Positions 37,176 to 47,194 of a DNA stretch of 64,000 nt are shown here, one piece after another. Source of the stretch: Verrucomicrobiia bacterium (lineage in GTDB: Bacteria > Verrucomicrobiota > Verrucomicrobiia > Limisphaerales > UBA11358); assembly GCA_031290985.1 (NCBI GenBank), contig JARLJW010000111.1, positions 180,228 to 244,227 of the forward strand, given 5' to 3'. The position numbers were made by a program, and so were the translations under genes. Every line of letters begins with the position of its first letter. The stretch's first letter is position 1. The notes beneath the pieces are model-generated. The model was given only the letters and a program-made list of their open reading frames with translations, did no database searches and was not told the origin of the DNA.

Positions 37176-38903
37176 TCAGAGTTTTTTCAACTCCGCGCCG
37201 GCGAGCTGGATCAGCGGCCGGATGGCCGGGGCGCTGAATTCGAACTTGCAGCCGGCGGCGGCGAACAGTTCCGGCAACGGACGGGAGCCGCCCAGCGCGA
37301 GGGCTTTTTTGTAATCGTTCAAGGCTTTCGCCTTGTCCCGCTTGGAATTCGCCCAGACGTGCAGCGCGCCGAGCTGCGCGATGCCGTATTCCACGTAGTA
37401 AAACGGATACAGGAAAATATGGAGCTGCTTCTGCCAGGAGCTGGCGCGGGCGGCCTCGTAGCCGGAATAGTCCACATCGCCGCCGAAGCGGTCCAGCAGA
37501 TGCAGATAGGCCGCCTTGCGTTCGGCGCGGGTGTGCCCGGGATGCTGGTAAATCCAGTGCTGAAAGGCGTCCACCACGGCCATCCACGGGAAGAAGCTGA
37601 TGATGCCCTCCAGATGCGTCTTGCGCGCACGGTTCGCCTCGGTCGCCGGATAAAACTCCTCGATAAATTCATTGCCCAGGAGTTCCATGGCCATCGAGGC
37701 CACTTCGCAGAACTCGATCGGCGAATTGCGGTAGGGATACAGGTCTTCGTCGCGCGTCGCCTGCGCGTGGAACGCGTGGCCGGCCTCGTGCAGGATGGTT
37801 TCCACGTCACGCTGCAAACCGACGGCGTTCATGAAGATGAACGGCACGCGGGCTTCGGACAGGGTGGATTGATAACCGCCGGGGGCCTTGCCCTTGCGGT
37901 TGTCGAGGTCGAGCAGCTTCATGTCCTGCATCTGCTGGAAGCCGCCCGCGAGTTCGGGGTCGAGGTGGTTGAAGATGTTTTGCGTGCGCCCGACCATCTC
38001 GGCGACATCGGTGAACGGCTTCAAGGGCGGGCGGTTGTGCGGGTCCACGGCGAGATCCCAGGGGCGCAGCGTTTCCAGCTTCAACTGCCGGCGGCGTTCC
38101 GCCTGGATCTCGCGCACAGCAGGCACGATTTCGCTTGCGATGGCGTCATGGAATCGTATGCAATCGGCGGGCGTATAATCGAAACGGTTTTTAGAGCGGA
38201 AGATGTAGTCGAGGTAATTCTCGAAGCCGGCATTCTTGGCGATCTGCACGCGCAGCTTGACGAGTTCGTCAAAAATCTCATCGCACTTGTCCTCGTCCTC
38301 CAGCCGGCGTTTGGCGACGGTTTCCCAAGCCTCCTGACGCAGCGCCCGGTCGGGCTCTTCAAAGAAGACCGCCATCTGCGGCAGCGTCCGCTCCTTGCCA
38401 CGAAACATCACGGCCTGCGCGCCGATGAGCTTTTGATACTGCTGGCCGAGCTTGGCCTCCTCGGTCTCCAGCGGCACATTTTCCGGGCGGAACAGGCCGA
38501 CATGATTGTCCACGTCGCGGTCAAACACCTCGTAGCGCGCCTTGGGAAGATGTTTGCGCTGCGGATGCACGACGTAGAGTTTTTCCAGCTCGAACTGGCG
38601 GGGCTTGAGTTGCGGCTCCACGTGCTCGACGAAGTGCAGATAGGCCTTCTCCGCCTCCGCATCGTCCGTGTGGCAGGTCATGGCGATGTTGCGACGGGAG
38701 GCCTCCTCGTCCAAGGCGGCGTTCAGTTCGCTCCAGTCGAGGAGCCAGCGTTCCAGGTCGGCGGCGGATTTTGCCTGCGCAGCGCGCGTTTCCAACTGAT
38801 CGAACAAAGGCGCGATCTGCGACCAGTCGCCCAGGTCGATGGTGGTCGGCACGAATGCGCGCGGTTTCGCGGGCGCCAATTTTCCAAACGGCAATAAACT
38901 CAT
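37176..38903 (-). CDS. pepF: M3-family oligoendopeptidase F
   Basis: 575 aa. Zinc motif 'ILHEAGHAFH' and a downstream 'FCEVASMAMELL'. Confidence 0.88.
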   Translation of the reverse strand: MSLLPFGKLAPAKPRAFVPTTIDLGDWSQIAPLFDQLETRAAQAKSAADLERWLLDWSELNAALDEEASRRNIAMTCHTDDAEAEKAYLHFVEHVEPQLKPRQFELEKLYVVHPQRKHLPKARYEVFDRDVDNHVGLFRPENVPLETEEAKLGQQYQKLIGAQAVMFRGKERTLPQMAVFFEEPDRALRQEAWETVAKRRLEDEDKCDEIFDELVKLRVQIAKNAGFENYLDYIFRSKNRFDYTPADCIRFHDAIASEIVPAVREIQAERRRQLKLETLRPWDLAVDPHNRPPLKPFTDVAEMVGRTQNIFNHLDPELAGGFQQMQDMKLLDLDNRKGKAPGGYQSTLSEARVPFIFMNAVGLQRDVETILHEAGHAFHAQATRDEDLYPYRNSPIEFCEVASMAMELLGNEFIEEFYPATEANRARKTHLEGIISFFPWMAVVDAFQHWIYQHPGHTRAERKAAYLHLLDRFGGDVDYSGYEAARASSWQKQLHIFLYPFYYVEYGIAQLGALHVWANSKRDKAKALNDYKKALALGGSRPLPELFAAAGCKFEFSAPAIRPLIQLAGAELKKL

Positions 38904-38941
38904 GGACGGAGTTTAGCGGAACTTGGTGCGGAGAAAATGAA

Positions 38942-40786
38942 TTATTCCTTCGTCAGCACTTTTTCGAGCAGCGAGTCGAGGCGCTTGAGCATCGCGCGCG
39001 GATCTTCCAACAGGCCGGCGGCGACGCGGGCATTGTCGAGAATCTGCTCGGCGACGCTGCCCGCCAGCGCGGCGTCCTTCAGCCGCATGGCGTCGAGGCG
39101 CGCCATGATGGGGTGCGCCGGGTTGATTTCAAAATCCTGCTTGGCGGGCGGCAAATCCGGGCCGTCCTGCTTCATGGCCTTCATCATGCGGCGCATGCTG
39201 GCGGTCATGAACTTGTCCGAATCCACGACCACGGCGGGGCTGTCCACGAGGCGTTGCGAAACGCGCACGTTATTGACCTTGTCGCCCAGCGTTTCTTTCA
39301 ACCATTGGGTGAGCGACTTGGAGGCTTCTTCGGACAGCGCGCCTTCCTTCTTGGCGCTGAGGTTCAAGTCCGCCTTCTCCGCGAGTTTGAGCGTCTTGCC
39401 ATCGAAGGTGTGGAGATGCTCCATCACAAATTCGTCCCACGCATCGTAGAGGAACAGCACCTCCCATTTGCGTTCCTTGAACACCTCGAAATACGGGCTG
39501 GCCTCCGCCGCCGCGCGGTTGGCCGCGAGCAGGCAATAGATCTCCTTTTGGTCACTGGGCATGCGGCTCACATAATCCGCCAGCGACGTAAGCTTGCCGG
39601 CGTCCAGCGTGGAGGATTCGTAGCGCAGCAGTTTGCCCAGCGCCTCTTTGTGCGTGAAATCGGTGACGACACCTTCCTTGAGGAAGCGTTGATATTCGCC
39701 GTAGAATTTTTCGTACGCGGCGGCCTCTTTCACCGATTGCTCATCGAGAAATTTCAGGAACCGGCTCGTCAGCACCTTGTTCAGCTTCTGCATGAGCGAG
39801 GTGTCCTGCATCGTTTCGCGCGAGATGTTGAGCGGCAGGTCTTCGCTGTCCACCACGCCTTTGAGGAACCGCAGCCATTCGGGGAACAAGCCCTTCGCCT
39901 TGGCCTGGATCAGGATTTTGCGGCAATACAGGTTCACCTCGGAATCCATCCGGCCCATGCCGAGCGTTTCAAAATTGCGCGACGGCACGAACAGCAGCGC
40001 CTGGATGGCCAGCGGCGCATCGGCGGAAAAATGCAGGCGGAACAGCGGCTGGTCGTGGTCGTGGCCGATGAACGTGTAGAACTCGTTGTACTCCTCCTCC
40101 TTGATCTCGTTTTTGTTCCGCGCCCAGATGGCTTGCACCGTGTTGAGGCGCTTGGTGTTCAGCTCGATGGGAAACGGCACGAAGCTCGAATAACGCTGGA
40201 TGATGCGTTCCACCGTGCTTTCCTGCGCAAAATCTTTGGCGTCATCCTTCAACTCCAGCGTGATCTTGGTGCCGCGCGGCAGGTCGGCGGCGGGCGTGAT
40301 CTCGTAGCCGCCCATGCCTTCGCTGGTCCATTGCCACCCCGGCTCTTCCGGCGCAAAGGAACGGCTCAGGACCGTCACTTTTTTCGCAACCATGAAGGCG
40401 GAGTAAAAGCCCACGCCAAACTGGCCGATCAAGCCCACGTCCGCCTTCTTATCCTCGGCGAGCTGTTTCAAAAACGCCTTGGTGCCGGAGTGCGCGATGG
40501 TGCCGAGGTTCTCAACGAGCTCGGCATGGGTCATGCCCAGGCCGGTGTCCGTGATGGTGATGGTGCCGGCCTTGTCGTCCGTGGTGATGGCGATGGCCGG
40601 CGCGACCTCGGATTGATGAACCGGTTTGCCGGAGGATTGGGTGAAGCGCAGCTTCTCGCACGCGTCCGCGCCGTTGGAAATCAATTCGCGGATGAAGATC
40701 TCCTTGTCGGTGTACAGCGAATGGATGACGATGTTCAGCAACTGCTGAATCTCCGCCTGAAAATGATGGGTTTCGGCTTGGCTCAT
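38942..40786 (-). CDS. htpG: Molecular chaperone HtpG (Hsp90)
   Basis: 614 aa. 'FQAEIQQLLNIVIHSLYTDKEIFIRELISNGADA' and 'GQFGVGFYSAFMVA'. Confidence 0.95.
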   Translation of the reverse strand: MSQAETHHFQAEIQQLLNIVIHSLYTDKEIFIRELISNGADACEKLRFTQSSGKPVHQSEVAPAIAITTDDKAGTITITDTGLGMTHAELVENLGTIAHSGTKAFLKQLAEDKKADVGLIGQFGVGFYSAFMVAKKVTVLSRSFAPEEPGWQWTSEGMGGYEITPAADLPRGTKITLELKDDAKDFAQESTVERIIQRYSSFVPFPIELNTKRLNTVQAIWARNKNEIKEEEYNEFYTFIGHDHDQPLFRLHFSADAPLAIQALLFVPSRNFETLGMGRMDSEVNLYCRKILIQAKAKGLFPEWLRFLKGVVDSEDLPLNISRETMQDTSLMQKLNKVLTSRFLKFLDEQSVKEAAAYEKFYGEYQRFLKEGVVTDFTHKEALGKLLRYESSTLDAGKLTSLADYVSRMPSDQKEIYCLLAANRAAAEASPYFEVFKERKWEVLFLYDAWDEFVMEHLHTFDGKTLKLAEKADLNLSAKKEGALSEEASKSLTQWLKETLGDKVNNVRVSQRLVDSPAVVVDSDKFMTASMRRMMKAMKQDGPDLPPAKQDFEINPAHPIMARLDAMRLKDAALAGSVAEQILDNARVAAGLLEDPRAMLKRLDSLLEKVLTKE

Positions 40787-40887
40787 AAATTATAGGGTTG
40801 TTTTGATAATCCAACACGGTTCCGGCGTCAAGAGGACAGGTTAAAGCAAACGGGATCATTCCGACGACAACCAAATGACTCCAAACT

Positions 40888-40922
40888 GGCAGGGCGGGCG
40901 ACCCCCTGCCCGCCGCCGATTG
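40888..40922. repeat. Partial, inverted copy of the core hairpin of the 11768/63066 element
   Basis: The reverse complement reads caatcggcggcgggcagggggtcgcccgccctgcc; the element core reads caatcgcggcgggcagaggactgcccgccctgcc. Confidence 0.6.
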
Positions 40923-40945
40923 TTGGCTCACCAGAAATTATCCAT

Positions 40946-41761
40946 TCAGGTGTTTCTCTTCATAACGATGCCGATGAAGCGCCAGCGTTTTAAAAAATCG
41001 TCGTAGGACATGCGGCCGAGTCCACCGAGTGGATCGCCGACGACCACTTCGGCATCGGTCACCTCCAGCACCGTGACCCAGTGGTCCACCATGAAGCCGT
41101 ATTTGATGACCGCCAGCGTGAGTCCGGCTTGTTTCAATTCCGGGATGTTTTTGAAGGCGCGGCATTTCACGGTCAGCCCGTTCTTGCCATATTCTTTTTG
41201 CAGGGCGTCGGCCAGCAGATCCGGGGGCGTCCCTTCTTGAAAGCTGGTGCAGGACAATATGGCAATCTGCCCTTCCTCCGCCGGCAGTCCGAGTTTTCGC
41301 AAGGCCGTCACCGCGGAAGCCGGCCCGCAAGTATAGTCAGTCGTTTGCAGACAGATGCCGTTGGCATCCATGCTGGTCCGCAACCGGGTCAGTTGCTGCC
41401 GGTCAACCGCCGGGGCCAGAAACGGCCAGATCGCCAGGTAAAAAACCATGGCTGCCATCAATGCCGACACCATCACGCGGGCGCGACGTTTCGGCAGGCG
41501 GGAAAGCGGCGTGGTCAAAACCATGGTGGTGACGAAGCCGAGCACGGCGAATTTCTTCAATCCCATCATCAACCAGGAAACGGGCGGGGTGAACAACAAG
41601 GCCGGCACATAGAACGCCACAACGAAGACAAAAATCAAAACGACGGGAATGAAATAGCCGATCACCCAATACGGGCTGCGCCGGCGCGAAAACCACCAAC
41701 CCAGAGCGGCCCCGGCCAGCGCCCAAAGCAGCGAAATAAATGCGGCCAGCCACAGGTTCAT
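40946..41761 (-). CDS. Membrane-anchored stand-alone C39-like cysteine peptidase domain protein
   Basis: 271 aa. About four N-terminal TM helices, then a papain-like triad context: 'TDYTCGPASAV' (Cys), 'VDHWVTVLEV' (His), 'VVVGDP' (Asp). Confidence 0.7.
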   Translation of the reverse strand: MNLWLAAFISLLWALAGAALGWWFSRRRSPYWVIGYFIPVVLIFVFVVAFYVPALLFTPPVSWLMMGLKKFAVLGFVTTMVLTTPLSRLPKRRARVMVSALMAAMVFYLAIWPFLAPAVDRQQLTRLRTSMDANGICLQTTDYTCGPASAVTALRKLGLPAEEGQIAILSCTSFQEGTPPDLLADALQKEYGKNGLTVKCRAFKNIPELKQAGLTLAVIKYGFMVDHWVTVLEVTDAEVVVGDPLGGLGRMSYDDFLKRWRFIGIVMKRNT

Positions 41762-41805
41762 TTACGGCGAAGGGTAGACGAACCCTTTTCAGATGAACAA
41801 CGAAA

Positions 41806-44166
41806 TCACTTTTGCCGCCAGCGCAGCAGCCTCAACGCATTTCCAATGACGATCAGGTCGGAAAAACCCATCGCCGCTGCGCAGAAGATCGGGCTGATGA
41901 AACCGAGCGCGGCCAGGGGTACGCCGAGCGAGTTGTAGAAGAACGCCCAGAACAGGTTTTGCCTGATGGTCCGCAAGGTGGCGCGCGCCAGGCCCAGCGC
42001 CTCCGGCACGGCCTCGATCTCTGATTTCAACAGGATGATGTCCGCCGCCTCGCGCGCGATGTCGCTGGCGCGGCTCACGGCGATGCCGAGATCCGCCTGC
42101 GTCAGGGCCGGGGCGTCGTTGATGCCATCGCCCACGAACGCCACGCGCTCGCCGGCGACTTGGAGCTTTTTCACGAACTCCGCCTTCTGCTCGGGCCGCA
42201 CCTCGGCGAAAACATTTTCCGGCGCAATGCCGACCTGCTTCGCGATGCCGGCCGCCGTCAAGGCGTTGTCACCGGTGACGAGATAGGTTTTGAACCCCTG
42301 CTGCCGGAGCTGTTTGACAACTTTCGCCGCACCCGCCTTGACAATATCGCGCACGGCAAAGAGGCCGAGCAATTTTGTTTCCATCGCCAGGCCGACAATC
42401 GTGGCCCCCTGCCCCGACCATTCGGCGATGAACGGTTCGCCGGCGGTCAGGAGCGCTCCGGATTCTTTGAGCCAGCGCAGAGAGCCAAGGCGCGCCGTTT
42501 GCCAGCCGCCATCCGGCAACTTCACCTTGCCTTCAACGCCGGCACCGCGAATTTCTTTCCAATCTGCAATCTCCACCTTCTCCGCGGAGATTTTCGCAAT
42601 CGCCTGACTGATGGGATGGGTGGAGTTGCGTGCAAGGGCGGCGGCCAATGCCAGTGGAGCGCCGGGCTCCAGCCCGGCGTGGACTGAACGTGAATCAAAA
42701 CGCGCCGTACCGGAGTTCGGCGCTCCGATGGCGGTCACTTCCGGTTTTCCCACCGTGAGCGTTCCGGTCTTGTCAAAAATCACCGCCGTGATGCCTCCCG
42801 CCTTTTCCAACGCCACGCCGTCGCGGATCAAAATGCCCCGGCGGGCGGCGGAGTTGGCGCTGGCCATAATAGCGGCGGGCGTGGCCAGTCCCATGGCGCA
42901 CGGACAGGCGACGATCAAGACGGCGGAGGCGATGATGAAACCGGCGGCGAGGCCGGCGGGCGCGTGGGCATGCCAGAAAAATCGGGCGAGAAAATCGTGG
43001 ACGTGATTGGCCGAGGCCGGCGCGAGGCCCCACCATAATCCCGCCGCCAGCGCGATGACCACGATGACGGGCACGAAGACGTTGCTGATGCGGTCGCCGA
43101 GGCGCTGGATGTCCGCCCGGCTGGTCTGGGCGCGCTGCACGGCGGCGATGATGTGCGCCAGCGCCGTTGCTTCGCCGGTGGCGGTGACGCGCATCACGAG
43201 ACGGCCGTTCAGGTTCACCGTGCCGGCAAAAAGTTCGCCACCGGGGTTTTTATCCGCCGGCACCGATTCACCGGTGAGCATTGCTTCATCCACGGCTGAT
43301 TCACCCTCCAGCACGAGGCCATCCACCGGCACGCGGTCGCCGGGGCGCAAGGCGATGCGGTCGTCGATTTTAAGATCGGCCACGGGCACTTCGACTTCGA
43401 CCGGTTGGGCGGGGGCGACGGGTTTGAAACTGCGGATATCGAAACTCTTTGCCGCGGTCGAGGCGGCCACCTGGATTCGACGCGCCGTTTGGGGGGCGAG
43501 ATTGAGCAGTGATTTCAACGCGCCGCTGGCCTGGTCGCTCACGCGGGCTTCGAGCCAGTGGCCGGTGCTGACGAGGGAAATGATCGCAGCGGCCTCCATG
43601 AAGAAGACGTGCCCGCCCGCGCCGCTCAACAAGGCCCAGGCGCTGTAACCGAAGGCGGTGGTGGAACCCAGCGCCACCAGCGTGTCCATGTTGGATTCAC
43701 CCACCTTGAGCTGCCGCCAGGCGCCCGCATAAAATTGCGCGCCGCAAAATATTTGGACGACGCCCGCCAGCGCAAAGGCCAGCCATTGGAACCAGGGCTG
43801 CAAGGCGAGGCCAAAAACCCATTCGCCAATCATCAACGCCCCGGTGACGGCGAGGCCGAGGATTAAATTCCATTGCCAGCGGTTCTGCCGGGAAGATTCG
43901 GCGGCGGCATCACCGGCGGGAAGCTCCTTGGCAGCGAAGCCCGCGCGGGAAATGGCGGCGAGGACGGCGGGGATATTTTTTGCCGCGGCCGAATTCCACC
44001 GGACGCTGGCGTGTTCGGCGGTGACGCTCACGGAAACGCTATGGACGCCGGCGGTTTTCTGCGCGGCCTCGGTGACCTTGCGGGCGCAATTGTTGCAGGT
44101 CATCCCGGTGACGCGCAGTTCAGTTGTGGCTGGGGCGGACATTTCTTCGCGCAAACATCCTGCCAC
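41806..44166 (-). CDS. copA: Copper-translocating P1B-type ATPase
   Basis: 786 aa. N-terminal HMA 'GMTCNNCARKV', TM 'CPC', 'DKTGTLT', 'GDGINDAP'. An alternative start exists at ATG 44142. Confidence 0.93.
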   Translation of the reverse strand: MAGCLREEMSAPATTELRVTGMTCNNCARKVTEAAQKTAGVHSVSVSVTAEHASVRWNSAAAKNIPAVLAAISRAGFAAKELPAGDAAAESSRQNRWQWNLILGLAVTGALMIGEWVFGLALQPWFQWLAFALAGVVQIFCGAQFYAGAWRQLKVGESNMDTLVALGSTTAFGYSAWALLSGAGGHVFFMEAAAIISLVSTGHWLEARVSDQASGALKSLLNLAPQTARRIQVAASTAAKSFDIRSFKPVAPAQPVEVEVPVADLKIDDRIALRPGDRVPVDGLVLEGESAVDEAMLTGESVPADKNPGGELFAGTVNLNGRLVMRVTATGEATALAHIIAAVQRAQTSRADIQRLGDRISNVFVPVIVVIALAAGLWWGLAPASANHVHDFLARFFWHAHAPAGLAAGFIIASAVLIVACPCAMGLATPAAIMASANSAARRGILIRDGVALEKAGGITAVIFDKTGTLTVGKPEVTAIGAPNSGTARFDSRSVHAGLEPGAPLALAAALARNSTHPISQAIAKISAEKVEIADWKEIRGAGVEGKVKLPDGGWQTARLGSLRWLKESGALLTAGEPFIAEWSGQGATIVGLAMETKLLGLFAVRDIVKAGAAKVVKQLRQQGFKTYLVTGDNALTAAGIAKQVGIAPENVFAEVRPEQKAEFVKKLQVAGERVAFVGDGINDAPALTQADLGIAVSRASDIAREAADIILLKSEIEAVPEALGLARATLRTIRQNLFWAFFYNSLGVPLAALGFISPIFCAAAMGFSDLIVIGNALRLLRWRQK

Positions 44167-44257
44167 TACATTTGCGGTTCGTCGAATTTAGTTTTGGCAG
44201 AGCGCCGGGGCCGCGCGGGCCAGGATGCGCAGGAGAAACGCCGCCGGCGCGCATCAC

Positions 44258-44914
44258 TCACGCCAACTTGATGCTTTTCATGCACCCATGCCATTCACGC
44301 AAATTGGGATGCGACTTCGGCAGTTGATAATGACCGGAATAGAGGAAGTTTTCCAACATGCCAAACAGGTCGAAATCCACGAACAACGGACGGTCGGCCA
44401 GGAGAAATTCCGAGTGCGCGAGCATCTGTTCAAAAGGGACAAGGCTGGTCTCCAGTTTTTTCAACCAAACTTTTTGATCACGGTGCCATTGGGCGATGCA
44501 GCCGCGGCCAAACTTGCGTTCCTTGAAGCGCAGGTATTGGAGCTGCTGGTTCGCGGGCAGGTTCTCGCGGTAATAGATGTCATTCAGGCGGAACGTCGCG
44601 CCTTCGATGTCGTTCTCAATGTAGCGCCAGAGGAGGGATTGCACGCCTTCCTGGGCGGCGGGGAAGAGGCCGAGCTTCAGTTTTGCATCCAGATATTTGG
44701 CGACGATCTGCTGGTCGTCGGTGTCGTCGAAGATGACCTTTTTCCCGTTGCGCAGGGTCGGGACGCCGTAGTATTGGCCCCGGGTCAGCTTCCAGACGAG
44801 CGAGCGTTCCTGGGCGGGAACGTTGATGATTTTGAATTTGGCACCCGAGAATTCGAGGATCCGCCGCGTCGGCAGACAAAACGGGCTGAACGGGAACTGG
44901 ATGAGTTCGATCAT
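44258..44914 (-). CDS. Glutathione S-transferase-like / thioredoxin-fold protein
   Basis: 218 aa. An N-terminal GST_N-like 'IELIQFPFSPFCLPTRRILEFSG..YYGVPTLRNG', then a helical C-terminal half. Confidence 0.6.
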   Translation of the reverse strand: MIELIQFPFSPFCLPTRRILEFSGAKFKIINVPAQERSLVWKLTRGQYYGVPTLRNGKKVIFDDTDDQQIVAKYLDAKLKLGLFPAAQEGVQSLLWRYIENDIEGATFRLNDIYYRENLPANQQLQYLRFKERKFGRGCIAQWHRDQKVWLKKLETSLVPFEQMLAHSEFLLADRPLFVDFDLFGMLENFLYSGHYQLPKSHPNLREWHGCMKSIKLA

Positions 44915-45006
44915 GGGAAAAGTTTTCAGCTAATCCGAAAGTGTTGACAAGCTAATTCCGGGCGATTTTGGCTTGCGAAAATCCGGCGGCGGGCGATGCT
45001 CGCAAC

Positions 45007-46500
45007 ATGAAAACTGCCTCCGCCCTATGCGCCGGTTTGCTCCTCACATCGTGGCTGGCCGCCCCGGCGCGTGAAGCCGCGCCGCGCTATGTTTTTTCCG
45101 CCGGCCAGACGAACGTCTTCGCCGTGGAGGTTTCCGTACGCAGCGAGACCGGCTCCGAGGTCAGCACCGGCAACGTGGTGATCGTGGTGCAGGAGGCCGG
45201 GGCCGGTTCGGCGAAGATCGCCTGCCGCGGAAACCTGAAGTCGGACATGCGTCGTCCACCGCAGCGCGGACCGGGGTTCTTTCCCGGATATGGTGGCTAT
45301 TACCCGGGCGGCATGATGCAGAATGTTTTTCCAAATGACTGTGAAATTGAATTGAATGACCGGGGCGTCGAACTCCGGGACGGCGGCGATTACGTGCTGG
45401 CGGTTCCGCTGGGAAAACTGGTGCAGTCCATCTTCGAACCGTTGCCCGAAAATTTAGGCGACGGGAAGTCCGCCGACACCGTCACCGTGCTGGACGATCC
45501 CTACTGGCTCGGTCCGGCGAATAATTTCATGAACGCCCGCCTGAACGGGCAGCCGATGGGCATGCGCTTCAACATGGGTTACCCGCAGCAAACCGTGGAC
45601 ACGTTGACGCTGTCCCGGCAGGTTTCAACCCGTAAAACCGCCGCCACGGCGGATTCGCTGGAATGGCACAAGCAGGTGAAGCTGGAGAGTTTCACCCGGA
45701 CCGGCCCCGACCCGCGACTGGTGGCGGCGGTGGAATCCGATTTCACCTTTGACCGGAGCGCGGGCCTGATGGCCCGGGTGGAAACGGAGGCCGATGTATC
45801 CTCGCAGACTGAAACCACCACCCGCAAAGTAAAGGTCGTGTTCAAGTCGCGCCGGCTGACGGGCGATGAACTCGAGGCCGCGCTCGCGCCGCCGCCGCCG
45901 CCCGCTCCACCCCGGAAGCTTTCCATCACGGACTTGAATAATATCTCCGCCGATCTGAAATCACCTGACCTGGAAACACGCCGCGCGGCCCTGCGCCAGC
46001 TCAATGGCGTGGAAGTGGAGACCCCGCCGGCGGATTTCACCGGCCTCATCGCCGCCATGGCGTTGGATTCGGATTCCTTCACCCGCATGACGGCGGCGAA
46101 TTTTCTCGGCAGCCATGCCACGACCAACGATGTGCCCGTCCTGCTCAAGCTGCTGAAAGACACCGACTGGTCGGCACGGCAGGCCGCAACCAAGGCCTTG
46201 GGCCGGTTGAAGGACGAGCGTGCCATCCAGCCGCTCGCCGATCTCATTGCCCGGGGCGGCAACATGTACAGTCAGGACGCCAGTTCCGCGCTGATGAACA
46301 TCGGGGCGCCGGCGGAAAAGGCCGTCATCGGCCTGCTCAATGAACGTAATGCCGAAACGCAACGCCAGGCCTGCACCATCCTCCAACAGATCGGCACCGG
46401 CGACAGCCTTGACGCGCTGCAAAAACTTGTCGGCGACAGCGAGCAGCAGACCAGCCAGGCCGCCGCGGACGCCATCCGCGCGATCAAGCAGCGCCAGTAG
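45007..46500 (+). CDS. Secreted protein with an unknown N-terminal domain and C-terminal HEAT (PBS-lyase-type) repeats
   Basis: Track ORF from TTG 44968. ATG 45007 gives the signal peptide 'MKTASALCAGLLLTSWLAAPA'. HEAT-like repeats: 'SFTRMTAANFLG', 'DWSARQAATKALGRLKDERAIQPL', 'AETQRQACTILQQIG'. Confidence 0.7.
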   Translation: MKTASALCAGLLLTSWLAAPAREAAPRYVFSAGQTNVFAVEVSVRSETGSEVSTGNVVIVVQEAGAGSAKIACRGNLKSDMRRPPQRGPGFFPGYGGYYPGGMMQNVFPNDCEIELNDRGVELRDGGDYVLAVPLGKLVQSIFEPLPENLGDGKSADTVTVLDDPYWLGPANNFMNARLNGQPMGMRFNMGYPQQTVDTLTLSRQVSTRKTAATADSLEWHKQVKLESFTRTGPDPRLVAAVESDFTFDRSAGLMARVETEADVSSQTETTTRKVKVVFKSRRLTGDELEAALAPPPPPAPPRKLSITDLNNISADLKSPDLETRRAALRQLNGVEVETPPADFTGLIAAMALDSDSFTRMTAANFLGSHATTNDVPVLLKLLKDTDWSARQAATKALGRLKDERAIQPLADLIARGGNMYSQDASSALMNIGAPAEKAVIGLLNERNAETQRQACTILQQIGTGDSLDALQKLVGDSEQQTSQAAADAIRAIKQRQ

Positions 46501-46546
46501 CGCAAAGCCGCTTTACAGTTTCACGTTGCGGGTCTACAGTCGAACC

Positions 46547-47188
46547 ATGGCTGGCGAATACGATTCGACGGAATTTATTGACTCTGATTTTACGGTGCAG
46601 AAAACCTCCGCGCCCACGCGCGATGACACGGACCGGCGCGTCGTGGAAGCGCAGCAAAAGCTCGTGGAACTCAAGCGCGCACAGGAGGAACTGGAACGGG
46701 AACGCTCGGGCCTGGAGGAGCTGCGCCGGCGCCAGGGCGAATTCCACACCGGCCGCCAGGAGATCATCCAAAACCTCACGCGCGGCCTCGGCCTGCTGGA
46801 GGAGGCGGAATTCACCGCCCGCCGCGACGCCGAACAGATGGCCAAGACCCTCGTTGATTTCCGCACGGCGCTCGGCAAGGTGCAGGGCATCCAGGACGGC
46901 GCCTGGACCAAGGAAAATTTCCAGGTCGAACTGGCCCGCGGGCTGACCATCATCGAGAACGCGCGCATGGAATGGAATTCCGCGCGCTTGAAAATTTCCG
47001 CGCTCGCCGGCGAGACCAAGAACGCCGCCGCGCCGCTGGATAAAAATGTTTCGTCCGCCGCCTCCGCCTCGCTGGCGGATCTGGGGTTCGGCCAGCTCTG
47101 CAAGATCGGGCTGGCGATGACGTGGCCGCTGCTGCTCGTGGCGCTGGGCGCCCTGGGCGTCTTCATTGCAATCCTGATGCGCAAGTGA
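46547..47188 (+). CDS. Hypothetical tail-anchored coiled-coil protein
   Basis: Track ORF 46340..47188, trimmed to ATG 46547 to avoid overlapping the upstream gene. Charged heptad-like region 'QQKLVELKRAQEELERERSGLEELRRRQ' and a single C-terminal TM helix 'LAMTWPLLLVALGALGVFIAIL'. Confidence 0.6.
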   Translation: MAGEYDSTEFIDSDFTVQKTSAPTRDDTDRRVVEAQQKLVELKRAQEELERERSGLEELRRRQGEFHTGRQEIIQNLTRGLGLLEEAEFTARRDAEQMAKTLVDFRTALGKVQGIQDGAWTKENFQVELARGLTIIENARMEWNSARLKISALAGETKNAAAPLDKNVSSAASASLADLGFGQLCKIGLAMTWPLLLVALGALGVFIAILMRK

Positions 47189-47194
47189 GATCGC

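Noticed and set aside
38771-40795. 674-aa ORF antisense to htpG (and 37359..38897, antisense to pepF)
   Set aside because: htpG and pepF are unambiguous on the minus strand. The antisense translations lack motifs and have shadow-frame composition.
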